From positions 288,001 to 352,000 of the forward strand of contig CAXXTH010000017.1 in the NCBI GenBank assembly GCA_963668025.2: a DNA stretch of 64,000 nucleotides. Direction: 5' to 3'. Position numbers and translations under genes: made by a program. Every line of letters begins with the position of its first letter. The first letter of the stretch is position 1. Under the pieces are notes generated by a model. That model saw only the letters and a list, made by a program, of their open reading frames with translations. It did no database searches and was not told the DNA's origin. Source of the DNA: Candidatus Hydrogenedentota bacterium (GTDB taxonomy: Bacteria > Hydrogenedentota > Hydrogenedentia > Hydrogenedentales > SLHB01). Below are positions 28,962 to 39,636 of this stretch, in pieces.

Positions 28962-29444
28962 CTATTCCTCCAAAAACGTGTTTTTCTGGCGTTCGCGGAT
29001 GGCGCGAAAAAAGGACGTGAGCAGCGCGCCGCATTCTTCCGCCATGACGCCCGGCATGACGGCAGGCGAATGGTTAAACCGCGTGTCGGACAACAGGTTC
29101 ATAAGCGTGCCGCAGACGCCCGCTTTCGGGTCGGGCGCGCCGAAATACACCTCGGGGATGCGCGCCAGGATGATCGCCCCGGCGCACATTGGACATGGCT
29201 CGAGCGTCACGTAAAGCCGCGTCTGCTCGAGCCGCCAGCTTCCCAATTTCGCCGACGCCTGGGTGATGGCCAGGATCTCCGCGTGGGCCGTGGGATCTTG
29301 CAGCGTCTCACGCTGGTTGTGGGCCTTGCCGATGATCTCGTTCTCATAAGTAATCACGCAGCCCACGGGCACTTCCCCCACATCCCGGGCGCGGATGGCC
29401 TCGCGTATGGCGGCTTCCATGAATCTATTGTGGTCATCTTGCAT
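28962..29444 (-). CDS. tadA: tRNA adenosine(34) deaminase
   Basis: EVPVG, DPTAHAE, TLEPCPMCAGA and FF...R motifs. Confidence 0.95.
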   Translation of the reverse strand: MQDDHNRFMEAAIREAIRARDVGEVPVGCVITYENEIIGKAHNQRETLQDPTAHAEILAITQASAKLGSWRLEQTRLYVTLEPCPMCAGAIILARIPEVYFGAPDPKAGVCGTLMNLLSDTRFNHSPAVMPGVMAEECGALLTSFFRAIRERQKNTFLEE

Positions 29445-29599
29445 ATCGAGGAATCGAACTCCAGTTTATGGTATGGTGCTGGGTGATTGTCAGCATTGCC
29501 GGGGCGGATGTCAATGCGTATATCCAGCCCGCCTGTACTCCATGCGAGTCCGTGGGGTACACTACAGCAGCTCAAGCGGAACGGAATAGGCCTTTTTGT

Positions 29600-29921
29600 A
29601 CCACGAATGGACACCAATGTTCACGAATATATCCGTGAACATGTTTTTGCAACTCCCGTGGCATGGGCGTCTCGCCCATACGAGAAAGGAGAGGGCGCAT
29701 GAAAAACGCATGCCGTAACTATTTGATATAAAAATAGTTTTACACAAAACATTCGTGATAAAATAATATTTTTCGGATAGTAGCACGAAAGATGGCCGAC
29801 GAATAGGAAGCAGCATCACACTCAAGGTATTTTCCATTTTTAGAATATCTTATCTATATTTTGACATTTTTACACATTAAACGTTGTTTAATATTCGTGC
29901 TCATTGGTGTCCATTCGTGGT
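29600..29921. repeat. MITE-like composite bounded by 31-bp inverted repeats, containing a REP
   Basis: ACCACGAATGGACACCAATGTTCACGAATAT (29600-29630) and 29891-29921 match at 29 of 31 positions as an inverted pair; internal REP at 29641-29679 and an AT-rich core. Confidence 0.8.
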
Positions 29922-29957
29922 CAAAAAAACACCTATTTTGAGGTGATGATCAAGCAT

Positions 29958-30710
29958 ATGCCAGACGCTCCCGATATCAACAAAGACTGGTTCGCGCATT
30001 CCTTTGATGCGCTATATCCCATTATTTACGCCCACCGCACCGTCGAGGCGGCGGAGCCGGAAGCGCGCGCGGCGGCGGACTGGCTCGGCGTCACGTGCAA
30101 CGATGATATCCTTGATTTATGCTGCGGCGCAGGGCGGCACATGGTCCATCTGCGCCCCCGCGCGGGCAGCGTTACGGGTCTAGATTACTCAGCCGACTTG
30201 CTGGCGCTTGCATCCCGCTCTCTAGGGCCAGGCGCGCGCCTCGTGCGAGCCGACATGCGGGCCATCCCATTCGTGGAAACCTTCGACGTAGTGGTGAATT
30301 TCTTCACGAGCTTCGGGTATTTTTTCACCCATGCGGAAAATCTGGCGGTGGCGCGCGGCCTGGCGAGGGCGTTGCGGCCCGGCGGCCGGTTCTTCATTGA
30401 CTATGTGAATGGGCGGCACGTGGAACAGCACCTTCAACCACATACGGTCCGCGAGTCGGCGGGTTACATGATCACCGAAGATCGATGGCTGGACGCATCT
30501 CCGCGCCGTGTCAATAAACGAATGTTTGTGGTGCGCGACGGCGTCGAGGTGCGTCGGCAGGAGGAATCCGTACGGCTCTATACGCCGGAGGAATTCATGC
30601 AATTGTTGTCAGAAGCGGGCCTGGAAGTGGAGCGGCTCATGGGCGAATACGGCGGCTCTCCCCTCGAAGACGCCCAGCCCCGCATGATCGCCGTGGGGCG
30701 CAGGCCATGA
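29958..30710 (+). CDS. Class I SAM-dependent methyltransferase, candidate bacillithiol N-methyltransferase (NmbA-like)
   Basis: LDLCCGAGRH, GLDYS and NFFTSFGYF; N-terminal WF..F..Y..IY.HR; overlaps the bshC start (ATGA). Confidence 0.8.
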   Translation: MPDAPDINKDWFAHSFDALYPIIYAHRTVEAAEPEARAAADWLGVTCNDDILDLCCGAGRHMVHLRPRAGSVTGLDYSADLLALASRSLGPGARLVRADMRAIPFVETFDVVVNFFTSFGYFFTHAENLAVARGLARALRPGGRFFIDYVNGRHVEQHLQPHTVRESAGYMITEDRWLDASPRRVNKRMFVVRDGVEVRRQEESVRLYTPEEFMQLLSEAGLEVERLMGEYGGSPLEDAQPRMIAVGRRP

Positions 30711-32257
30711 AGAGTTTTCTCGCGGCTTATGTCGCTGAAGAGCCGGGCGTGGCGGCGCTGTTCGGGCGCATGCCGGACGCCTTGCTGCGTGAAGGCGCGG
30801 AAGCGGCGGCGTGGGAGCCCTCGCTGGTGGCGGCCTTGGATGCGCATCAGGCCCGTTTAGGCTCGAACGCCCATGCGCCCGCGCATGCCGCCGCCATCGT
30901 CACGGGGCAGCAGCCGGGCCTGCTCACGGGGCCGCTCTATACGATTTACAAGGCCGCAACGGCCATACGCCTGGCGCACGCCATCGAGGAAACCTCGGGT
31001 GCGGCATGCGTCCCGGTGTTTTGGTGCGCCAGCGAAGACCACGACTTCGAGGAAGTCCGCGAGGCCCATATCTTCACGAAACAGTGTGACACCTTGACAC
31101 TGCGCTATGCGCCCGAAGCGGACGTAAATGAATGGCCCATGTATCGCGTGCCCGCCGAGTCTTCCTTGCACGCCCTGATCGACCAAGCGGCGGAAGCCGC
31201 GCGCGGCTCTCTCGAACGCGCCACTGTAGCGGAGTTTCTGCATGAGTCGCTCGATGCGTCGGAGTCTTTCGCGGATTGGTTTATGCGCATCCTGGCGCGC
31301 CTGTTCCGCGATACGCCGCTCGTGTTGTTCGCGCCCCATTGGCCCGAGGCCCGCGCCGCCGCCGCGCCTATCATCGAGCGGGAGATTCTAGAACCGTTAG
31401 CCACGACGCGCCTGTTGCGGGAAGGCGCGCGACACGTCGAATCCCTTGGATTCGACCCGCAAGTGCTCAAACGCGAGGACGAGTGCTGTTTCTTCCTGGA
31501 AGTGGATGGCCACCGATGTAAGGCGCTTTACCGCGATGGACGCTACCGCATTCCCGCCGCCCGCCTCGAATATTCGCCTGATGAACTCGCCCAAGTCTTG
31601 CATGCCGAACCCGGACGCTTCAGCCCCAATGTCGCCTTGCGCCCCATCGTACAGCAGCATCTTTTCCCCACGGCGGCCTACGTGGCCGGCCCGGGCGAAC
31701 TGGCCTATTGGGCGCAACTCAAGGGCGTCTTCACCCATTTCGGCCTCCCCATGCCGGTGGCGTATCCGCGCGCACGCGCCGTGCTCGAATCCCTAAAGGC
31801 CCGGCAGCTTCTCGAAAAAACAGGCCTCGCGCTCGAACGCCTCACGGAGCCGCGCGAAGCGCTCATCGAGGCGGCCCTGCGGGCGGAGCCGCCGAATGAG
31901 GCATCGAAGGCGTTCGCAGCGCATCAGCAGGATATCACCGAACGCATCGAAGCGATGCGCGCCGAACTCGCCCAGCAAGACGCGCGCGCGGGTAAAATGG
32001 CGTTCCGCTTAGCGGAACGCACCCAGAAAGGCCTCGGCCGGATCGAACGGGCGCTGCTCCGGGCCGATCAGGACCGGCTGGACGCGGCGGAGCGGCGCGT
32101 CACTCGTTTGTGCGCCGAACTCGCCCCGTGGCGGAAACCCCAAGAGCGTGTGTATACTATATGCTCTTTTCTGTTCGAGTATGGATGGGAACTGGTTCCG
32201 AGGCTTACGGAAGAACTGGATATCCGTTCTTTCACGACGCAGGAGATTGTATTGTGA
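30707..32257 (+). CDS. bshC: Bacillithiol cysteine ligase
   Basis: VTGQQPGLLTGPLYTIYKA, PVFW.ASEDHDF.E, FSPNVALRP, GPGELAYWAQL and PQERV. Confidence 0.95.
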   Translation: MKSFLAAYVAEEPGVAALFGRMPDALLREGAEAAAWEPSLVAALDAHQARLGSNAHAPAHAAAIVTGQQPGLLTGPLYTIYKAATAIRLAHAIEETSGAACVPVFWCASEDHDFEEVREAHIFTKQCDTLTLRYAPEADVNEWPMYRVPAESSLHALIDQAAEAARGSLERATVAEFLHESLDASESFADWFMRILARLFRDTPLVLFAPHWPEARAAAAPIIEREILEPLATTRLLREGARHVESLGFDPQVLKREDECCFFLEVDGHRCKALYRDGRYRIPAARLEYSPDELAQVLHAEPGRFSPNVALRPIVQQHLFPTAAYVAGPGELAYWAQLKGVFTHFGLPMPVAYPRARAVLESLKARQLLEKTGLALERLTEPREALIEAALRAEPPNEASKAFAAHQQDITERIEAMRAELAQQDARAGKMAFRLAERTQKGLGRIERALLRADQDRLDAAERRVTRLCAELAPWRKPQERVYTICSFLFEYGWELVPRLTEELDIRSFTTQEIVL

Positions 32258-32967
32258 CGGTGGACGTGCTGGCCGTCGGGGCGCATCCCGATGATGTGGA
32301 AGTGGGCATCGGAGCCTTGGTGCATAAATTGGCCCGCAGCGGCAAACGCGTGGCCATTCTCGATCTGACGCGCGGCGAAATGGGCTCTCGCGGCACGCCA
32401 GAAGAACGCCGGGTGGAGGCCCTCGAAGCAGCGCGCATCTTGGGCGCAACACCGCGTGAAAACGCCGGTTTGCCAGACGGCTCCGTGGCGAACATCCCCG
32501 AGCAGCGGCAGGCGCTCATTCCGATTCTGCGCACCCTGCGCCCGTCCGTGCTGCTTGCACCCATGCAAAACGACCGCCACCCGGACCACCACGCCGCCCA
32601 TTTCCTCGTGCGCGACGCCAACTACCTCGCGGGCCTCACGCGCATCGACACTGGCCAGGAACCCTATCGCATTCCACGCATGTACTTTTATCCAGTTTAT
32701 ATCGAGAACCGCATTCCCGATCTCATCGTGGACGTATCCGAGGATTTCGAAGCGAAGCTCGAGGCCCTCGCGGCGTTCCAATCGCAGTTCTATAACCCAG
32801 CATACGACGGCCCGCCGACCTACATATCGAGCGAGGCCTTTTGGCAATCGTTCCGCACTCGGGCGGCCTACCTGGGCGGGCGCATCGGCGCGGCCTATGG
32901 CGAACCGCTGTACATAGATGGCCCACTGGGCGTCGCATTTCCGCCAGGATTGGAGGTTTGCACATGA
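32254..32967 (+). CDS. bshB1: Bacillithiol GlcNAc-malate deacetylase
   Basis: GAHPDDVE, LTRGEMGSRG, DRHPDH and SQF motifs; GTG start overlaps the bshC stop. Confidence 0.93.
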   Translation: MTVDVLAVGAHPDDVEVGIGALVHKLARSGKRVAILDLTRGEMGSRGTPEERRVEALEAARILGATPRENAGLPDGSVANIPEQRQALIPILRTLRPSVLLAPMQNDRHPDHHAAHFLVRDANYLAGLTRIDTGQEPYRIPRMYFYPVYIENRIPDLIVDVSEDFEAKLEALAAFQSQFYNPAYDGPPTYISSEAFWQSFRTRAAYLGGRIGAAYGEPLYIDGPLGVAFPPGLEVCT

Positions 32968-34097
32968 ATATCGGCATCACCTGCCACGCCAGCGCCGGAG
33001 GCAGCGGCATCCTCGCTACGGAACTAGGCATCGCCCTGGCCCAGCGCGGACACAAGATCTTTTTCGTCACCTACGAACCCCTATTCCGCCTCCAAGAATT
33101 CCAAGAGAACATCGTCTGCCGCTACGTCGAACATGTCTCCTATCCGCTTTTCTCCCATCCGCCCCACACGCTGGCGCTGATGAATATGATCGCCGAAGTG
33201 GCGGAGGAAAACACCATTGACGTCTGGCACGCCCACTATGCCGTGCCACATGCGGCGGCGGCCCTCTTCGCACGCCAGATGCTCCCCCCGGAGAAGCATT
33301 TCCGCATCATCACCACGCTTCACGGCACCGACATCACCCTCGTGGGCAGCGACCCTTCGTTCTTCCGCACCACGAAATACGCCATGGAAAACAGCGACGC
33401 CGTCACGGCGGTGTCGGACTGGCTTAACAAAGAGACCCAAAACGCCTTCCAGCTCTCGCGGCCCGTCCGCACGATTTACAACTTTCTCAACGAAGACCGC
33501 TTCAATGGCGAAAGCGATTGCCGCTGCAAGCTGGCGAAGGCGGACGAGAAAATTGTCATGCACATATCGAACTTCCGCCCCGTGAAGCGCGTGACGGACA
33601 TCGTGCGCGTGTTCAAACGCATCACGGAAAAAATGAACGCCCGGCTCATCATGGTCGGCGACGGACCCGAGCGCATTTCCGCCGTGGGCGTCGCGCGCCA
33701 GCTCGGCATCACGGACCGCATCACTTTCCTTGGCACCTACGAGCACATCGAGAAGATTCTTCCCTGCGCGGACCTCGTGTTCCAGCCCAGCGAACACGAG
33801 AGCTTCGGGCTGGTGCCCCTCGAGGCTATGGCATGCCAGGTGCCCGTACTCGCCACGGCCAGCGGCGGTATCTGCGAGGTCGTCGAGGATGGCGTCACGG
33901 GGTATCTGTGCGAGGTGGGCGACATCGACGGCATGGCGCGCTGCGCCATCGAGATTCTGTCGGACACGGAACGCGCCCATGAAATGGGCCGCGCGGGCCG
34001 CGAGCGCGCCTTGCGCCTCTTCTCGAGAAGCGCCATTGTCCACCAATACGAACAACTATATGAGGAAGTCCTCGAGGGCGCGCCCGCCGTGGCGTAA
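32964..34097 (+). CDS. bshA: N-acetyl-alpha-D-glucosaminyl L-malate synthase
   Basis: GGSG..ATELG, YPLF, HAHYAVPH, TTLHGTDITLVG, HISNFRPVKR and ESFGL..LEAM. Confidence 0.96.
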   Translation: MNIGITCHASAGGSGILATELGIALAQRGHKIFFVTYEPLFRLQEFQENIVCRYVEHVSYPLFSHPPHTLALMNMIAEVAEENTIDVWHAHYAVPHAAAALFARQMLPPEKHFRIITTLHGTDITLVGSDPSFFRTTKYAMENSDAVTAVSDWLNKETQNAFQLSRPVRTIYNFLNEDRFNGESDCRCKLAKADEKIVMHISNFRPVKRVTDIVRVFKRITEKMNARLIMVGDGPERISAVGVARQLGITDRITFLGTYEHIEKILPCADLVFQPSEHESFGLVPLEAMACQVPVLATASGGICEVVEDGVTGYLCEVGDIDGMARCAIEILSDTERAHEMGRAGRERALRLFSRSAIVHQYEQLYEEVLEGAPAVA

Positions 34098-34124
34098 GCG
34101 CGAAGGAGCAATCATGCGCGCCTG

Positions 34125-34613
34125 TTATTTCGTGCGCGCTTTCCATCCATAGGTTACATACTCGATTTTCGATGAACCATCTTCGTACAAATCCACGAGC
34201 GCATAGCCCGGCTCGAATTCAAGATAGGGCTTCTCCCATCCGTATCCTGCGACCGAACCATTGCAGGCGTATTTCACGCCCAAATATTCACACGCATCCA
34301 CCATATGCATGTGCCCGGATAGGCACAGCCGGACGTTCGGATGTTTGTAAAATAAATCCTTGATGCGCCGCGCGTCCAGGTGCATCCAATTGCCGGGCAC
34401 CACCCAGTTGCCGGTCTTCTCATTTTCGCCATCAAAAAACACACTGACAGAGCAGATGGGGATATGGCTGGCCACACAAATGTGCGTGTCTTGGGTGGTG
34501 TCCTGGAGGACGCCTTGAAACCACTCGAATTGCTCTTCATCGAATTTGGCGATGAATTCTTGGCCTTGCGGCAGCGTGCTATCCAGGAAAATAAAGCGCC
34601 ACCTGGCTTCAGC
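34125..34613 (-). pseudogene. Calcineurin-like metallophosphoesterase, 5'-truncated by an IS
   Basis: Only the C-terminal motifs remain (FIFLDS, SHIP, LSGHMH); the 5' end abuts the IS inverted repeat. Confidence 0.8.
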
Positions 34614-36262
34614 CCTACCAAGTATAGGCATATTTTTTCGTCTCGGTGCCCTGAGCTGGAGGTTATTTTTAGTACCACTCCCATTATATCCGGGATTTAT
34701 CAGTAATAATACTTTAATATTTATATAACTCTTCTATATAGTACCGCCAGCCAAAAGGAGGTGCTAGAATGGAGCAGAAAAAACATACGGTGATCCAGCA
34801 GGTGGAAAGATTGGTTGACATGGGCCATGTAAAACGCAATGCCTGTGTGGTCCGGCACGTGACGCGGCTCGTTTTCTCGCCGGGCGCGGGGCCAAGCCAG
34901 ACGGCGGGCAGCAAGCAAGCGGCGTGGGCGGAATCGAAATCATGGTATGACCTCATCAACAACCCGGACGTCAGCGTGAGCCAATTGCGCGAATTGCGGG
35001 CGCGAGTGGTGCTGGAGCAAGCAAGCGGGTCTTCCCTATTGGTGCTGCACGACATTACCGAGTGCGATTTCTCCAAACATGCCGCCATGAGCGAGAAGAT
35101 GGAGATTGGGGACCATCATGGAACCGGATACGAATATCATCCCTGTGTCGCATGGGACTTCGATGAGCGACGCTTTGTGGGGGTTCTGCACGACACGGTC
35201 ATTTCCGCCCTGGGGCCGGATGATGTGGGGGTGGCCGATTATGACAGCGACCCCGCGCTCAAGCACGTCACGGCCGAGGAGCGCCAGCGCCTGCTGTTGA
35301 ATCATCGGCATCAACTGGCCACGCACATTCGCTATCTGGCCACCCAGGCGGCGAACCGCCATCTAACACACGTGGCGGATCGGGAATTCGACGATGTCTT
35401 GGCGATGGCGGCCGCCCGCGAGGTGGGCGCCGGCTTCGTGTTTCGCTGCCTCGGCAACCGCAACGTGCGCCTGGAGACCGGCGAAGACGTGGACATGGCA
35501 AGCCTCATCGCGTCGCTGCCGATGCGGCCGTACAAAAGCCTTGGGCTTGATGCCCGGGGACACGTGGCGTACGGGAAAAATCGCCCCAAACGGGTGGCCT
35601 CCTTGTCCATTGGGGCCTGCCGCGTATTCTTTTTCCGCCCTTGCACCCGGGGCGAACGCCGCAATATTACTCTTGAGGAGCCCTTGGGCGTCCATCTGGT
35701 GGTGATCCGCGAACTCGAAGCGCCCAATGGCGAGAAGCCTCTATGCTGGCTGCTGTTCACCTCCCTTCCCATTGACACGCAGGAACGGCAAACGCGGGCG
35801 GCCGCCTACTACGAGCAGCGCTGGCGCATTGAAGAGTACTTCAAATTGCTTAAGAGCGGCGGGTTTGACGTGGAGAAGAGCCATTTCACCCACCCGGACC
35901 AATTCGCCAAAGTCCTGGTCTTTTATTCGCTGGCCGCCATGGCGCTGCTCACCATGAAACAAGACTTGGGGCTCCAGGCCATCGGTTCCCTTCCGCCCGA
36001 GCAGTACGAGAAGGTCCGCCATGCCATGCCATGCGATGCCCCGATGACCCTGAAGTGGAGCCCTTGCTCCTGCTGTTTGCCCTCGTGGTACGCTGTGGAG
36101 GATGGATGGGACGCCGCACCGATCCCATCGGTCCAACCATCCTCATGCGTGGCCTCCTACAACTGATGACCACCTTCGCGCTCGTAAACCAATTCCCAGA
36201 CCTCATAAAAGAATGGGCAAAAACCTATGGAGCGGATGTAAAAAATGCCTATACTTGGAAGG
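34614..36262 (+). mobile_element. IS4-family (IS50/Tn5-like) insertion sequence
   Basis: 18-bp IRs matching at 17 of 18 positions: CCTACCAAGTATAGGCAT (34614-34631) and ATGCCTATACTTGGAAGG (36245-36262). No flanking TSD. Confidence 0.88.
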
Positions 36263-36267
36263 CGTAA
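34769..36267 (+). pseudogene. IS4-family transposase, frameshifted
   Basis: HDITE, VADREFD, W.L.T.LP and Y..RWRIEEYFKLLKS motifs. The C-terminal GGWMGR..DP.GP..LMRGL lies in another frame after (CCATG)x3 at 36019-36033. Confidence 0.88.
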
Positions 36268-36634
36268 GAGAGGCTGGACTTGTTGAGGCTTTGGGATACG
36301 CCCAGATGCACCAATTTCCCCAGGGTGCAGGCAAGGCCATTGCAGATTTCCCGAAGAGAATCGGCCCCCACAAGCTGGCAGAATAGCTTAGAGACGAATT
36401 GGATCCAACAGGTAAACCCCTTGGCGTGACGTTCAGCCCGGTGCTTAGAAACGAGCGCTTCAAAATCGTTGCGCTGGATTTGATGGAGCAGTTGACTAAA
36501 CAGACTGGCCGTGCGTACCATGAAATCGCCCTCCTTTTGGGGTGTGAACCAAGTTTTAGACTACCTTGATTCTCCCACCCCAAGGGAGGGCCTCGTCAAT
36601 CTAACTTTATGCATGCCTATTTAGGACAAGAGTG
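36263..36634 (-). mobile_element. Remnant of a second IS4-family element (DUF4372-type N-terminus)
   Basis: ORF from 36521 (SLFSQLL...KGFTCWIQF..LFCQL..ADSLREI..GL...KSSLSYA) is cut at the neighbouring IR; probable terminus CACTCTTGTCC ending at 36634. Confidence 0.8.
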
Positions 36635-36658
36635 ACAACTATAGTATGTCTGTTCTGC

Positions 36659-38860
36659 TTAATCCTTTTGCGGTCGGCATTGGTTGAGCAAGAAGATGCC
36701 AGTTCCTGCGAGCAACAGCACTGCTAACGGCATCCATTTTATCGGCAGTGGCATGCTCGCCGGGTCGTAGGGGTCAGAGCCGTATGCCCATTCGACTGCA
36801 TCCGGGATGTTATCGTCGTCGCTGTCGAGGTCAAGGTAGTTGGGAGTGCCATCATCATCGGCATCTCCGGTTCCTTCGATGCTGTCCGGGATGCCGTCGC
36901 CGTCCGAGTCTAAGCCCACGTATACACTGGCGGAACCGCTTGCACTCCAGTTACCCGCATCATCGCGTTCCTGGACAAAGAGCGGGTGTTCTCCATCGAC
37001 TAGATCGGTGGCTGGAGTGAAGCTGGTCTCCGTTGTCTCTGTCCAGCTTTCTTCGGCGTCGAGCGCGTACCGGAAGGTCCCATTACCTCCACTGCCACCG
37101 GATACCCAGGTCCACGTAGGAGTGTTGTCGTCCATAGGCGATGGTGGACCCGAAACCACTGGAGCATTCGGCGGCGTTATGTCGAGGGTGCCAACGAACA
37201 TCTGCATATCAAATGACACTATGTTGCAGCTTCCATCTGCCACGATAAGCCGGATCGTGTGCATTCCTTCATCACGGCCCGTGGTGTTCCATTGCCCCAG
37301 CAAGGCGTCCTGCACCGGGGTGTAGACCATCCCCGTGATATCCGTCCAGCCCGTCGTGGGCGACACCCCCGGCGCATACTGCAGTTTGTACCGCGAGAAG
37401 TTCGACGTGTCGTTCGCCGTGCCGATGATGTCCACGATCTCGCCTTCGATCACGGCTTCGTCTTGGGCGGGACTCGTGATATATGCCGAAGGAAACGCGC
37501 TGTTGATCGTCACGCTGACCGAGGCGCTGCCCGTGTTTCCCAAGGCGTCCGTGGCGCGTACGGTGAGCGTGTATGCGCCGTCCGACGGCGGCGTCCAGCC
37601 ATAGGCCCAGGTCTCTGTGCCGGTGGCTTCCACCCATGAGCTTCCGCCGTTGGCGCTGAACTCCACCTTCGCAACGCCTGCCACGCCGGAGTCCGTCACG
37701 GTTTCCGACACCTGGATAAAACCAGACGGCAACGCGGAACCGGGCTTGGGGAAGGCGATCATCACCTGCGGCCCGACATTATCCACGGGAAGGGCGTTCG
37801 ACCGCATCGCGCCCGAGGTATTGCCCACTGCATCCTTCACCTGCACGTCAAGCATCACCTGAGCGGCGTCCAGCGGACTGGGCAGTGTGAACGTCCCACG
37901 GATGCTGCCATTCAGGTAAATGACGATCTGATCGGTCACATCCGCAAGCACAGCCTTGCTCGCACCGTCCACCAGCAGCGCGCTCGCGCAGGTCACACCT
38001 GGTTCGGCGGACGCCGTGATGTGGACCTCGTTCCCTGATTTCACCGCCGTGGCCAGCGTGCCGCCTTCGATATACAATGCATCCGGCGCATTCGGCGGGG
38101 TTGTGTCGTGATCCACTTCGACCACCATCCAGGTCTCGACGGTGTCGAAGCCCGCCCCGTCCGTCACCGCCAGTTTCACCACATAAGGGCCATCATCACG
38201 CACCGACATGGCCCAGCCCGAATACAGCGTGCCGCTGTTTACTAATGATTCACGCGCACTCCGCGTAGAGTGATCGGTGCCGTAATACATCCCGCCGCCT
38301 TCCCAGCCAGCCGAGTTACCTGTGAATGTGCAATTCGTAGCTGTGCCGGAATGCATCCAACCGCCTCTGTAGTTCGTCATATTTCCCATGAACGCGCAGT
38401 TCACGGCCGTGCCGTCAATCATCCCGCCGCCATTAAGACCATTTGAGGAGTCCGCTTTGCCTTGGGATAGAGTGAAACCATCAAGTGTGGCGTCACTTGC
38501 ATTTTCACTGTTGACGCATCTTCGAGCGCCTTGGCCATCAATCTTAGTGATGTGGGTCGTCCAGTCGCGCTCGGAGCGTTCCGTTTTCGTGGCCGCGACC
38601 CCCCCGTAGACGTTCACGCCCGATTTCATCGTGACCACGTTGCCGCTGGAACCTGTATACGTTCCCTCGGCGACTCACACTTCCCCGCCACCTGCAGAAA
38701 AAGCAGCATCAATAGCTGGCTGGATGGCAGTAAACGCCGTAGCCCAAGTGATGCCGTCCTATGTACCTAGTGCGTTGCCTACGTCCACATACCACACGGC
38801 TCCAAAAGCGGCTGATGTGCAACCCATCACGATTCCGAAGAACACAATCCATCCGCGCAT
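36659..38860 (-). pseudogene. Surface protein (beta-helix start, Ig-like repeats, Asp-rich repeat, C-terminal TM anchor) with premature stops
   Basis: The upstream frame reads signal peptide-VWYVD..GT*DGITWATAF..IQ.AID..GGEV*VAEGTY, with TAG at 38759-38761 and TGA at 38675-38677. DTTPP Ig repeats and DSDGDGIPD follow. Confidence 0.8.
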
Positions 38861-39534
38861 GTGTCGAGCTCCTGTGTTATGAGTTAAGAAAAGCAGCCTT
38901 CGATTTCCCCACCGTACTCACTTCACCGACCAACAATAAAATATATTGACACTACCTGGTATTCAGGCCATGTGGTGATTTGAACATGTTAAATCGTGGT
39001 GGCCCAACTCGGATGGAGCGTTGATGCAAATGGTATGGATATTAATCTCTGCAAACCTTGCCAAAATCGTTCCTACCTCGCATTATCCCCGGAAAGCGTT
39101 AGCGCATTTTATTACTACATAAATCCCGCCACAACAATCATATGCCCAGATAAGGAATAATGCAATTGATTTATTTGATTTTGCCGCGAATGTTGAAGAA
39201 CCAGTTCCACACCATATTACCGTCGGTTGCGTTGTGAACTGAACACTGTTCAACTGGATATCCGATGCAGAAGAGATGGTGATCTTATCTATTCCCTGCA
39301 TCCAGTCCCATTATCACACACCATCGTTGCAGAATCTGCGACATAACAAGGTATGTTGAAAGCACCAGATTTTTCTCAGGAACTCATCGAATGAATGACC
39401 TATTCATTCCTCACAAAACATATTTAGAACGATGCGGGAATGTCCCGCAAATCTGTGCCCAACGAACCAGTGCGGTACACCTGCGCCAAATAGCAGGCCT
39501 CATCATTATACTTTACTGCTTTCGCGTAAATCTC

Positions 39535-39563
39535 TTGACATAAACCAAGCGACCGCCTATGTT
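39535..39563 (+). promoter_or_regulatory. Sigma70-like promoter of the cas operon
   Basis: TTGACA-17 nt-TATGTT, about 75 nt upstream of cas6; GAGGAGG RBS. Confidence 0.65.
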
Positions 39564-39636
39564 AGTAGTCAGAATAGATGGGCATATCCTTTATAACGCA
39601 TCACATAAGCTGGTGCGATGTCTTTGAGGAGGGGAA

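Noticed and set aside
38675-38761. TGA at a conserved Trp position suggesting stop-codon recoding
   Set aside because: A TAG occurs in the same frame, and TGA terminates many intact genes here; simple pseudogenization is more likely.
38950-39620. Possible regulatory mini-array or crRNA-like element upstream of cas6 (GCGTTGATGCA, GTTGAAAGCAC)
   Set aside because: Similarity to the repeat 3' end is short and lacks the hairpin; the region looks like decayed coding DNA.
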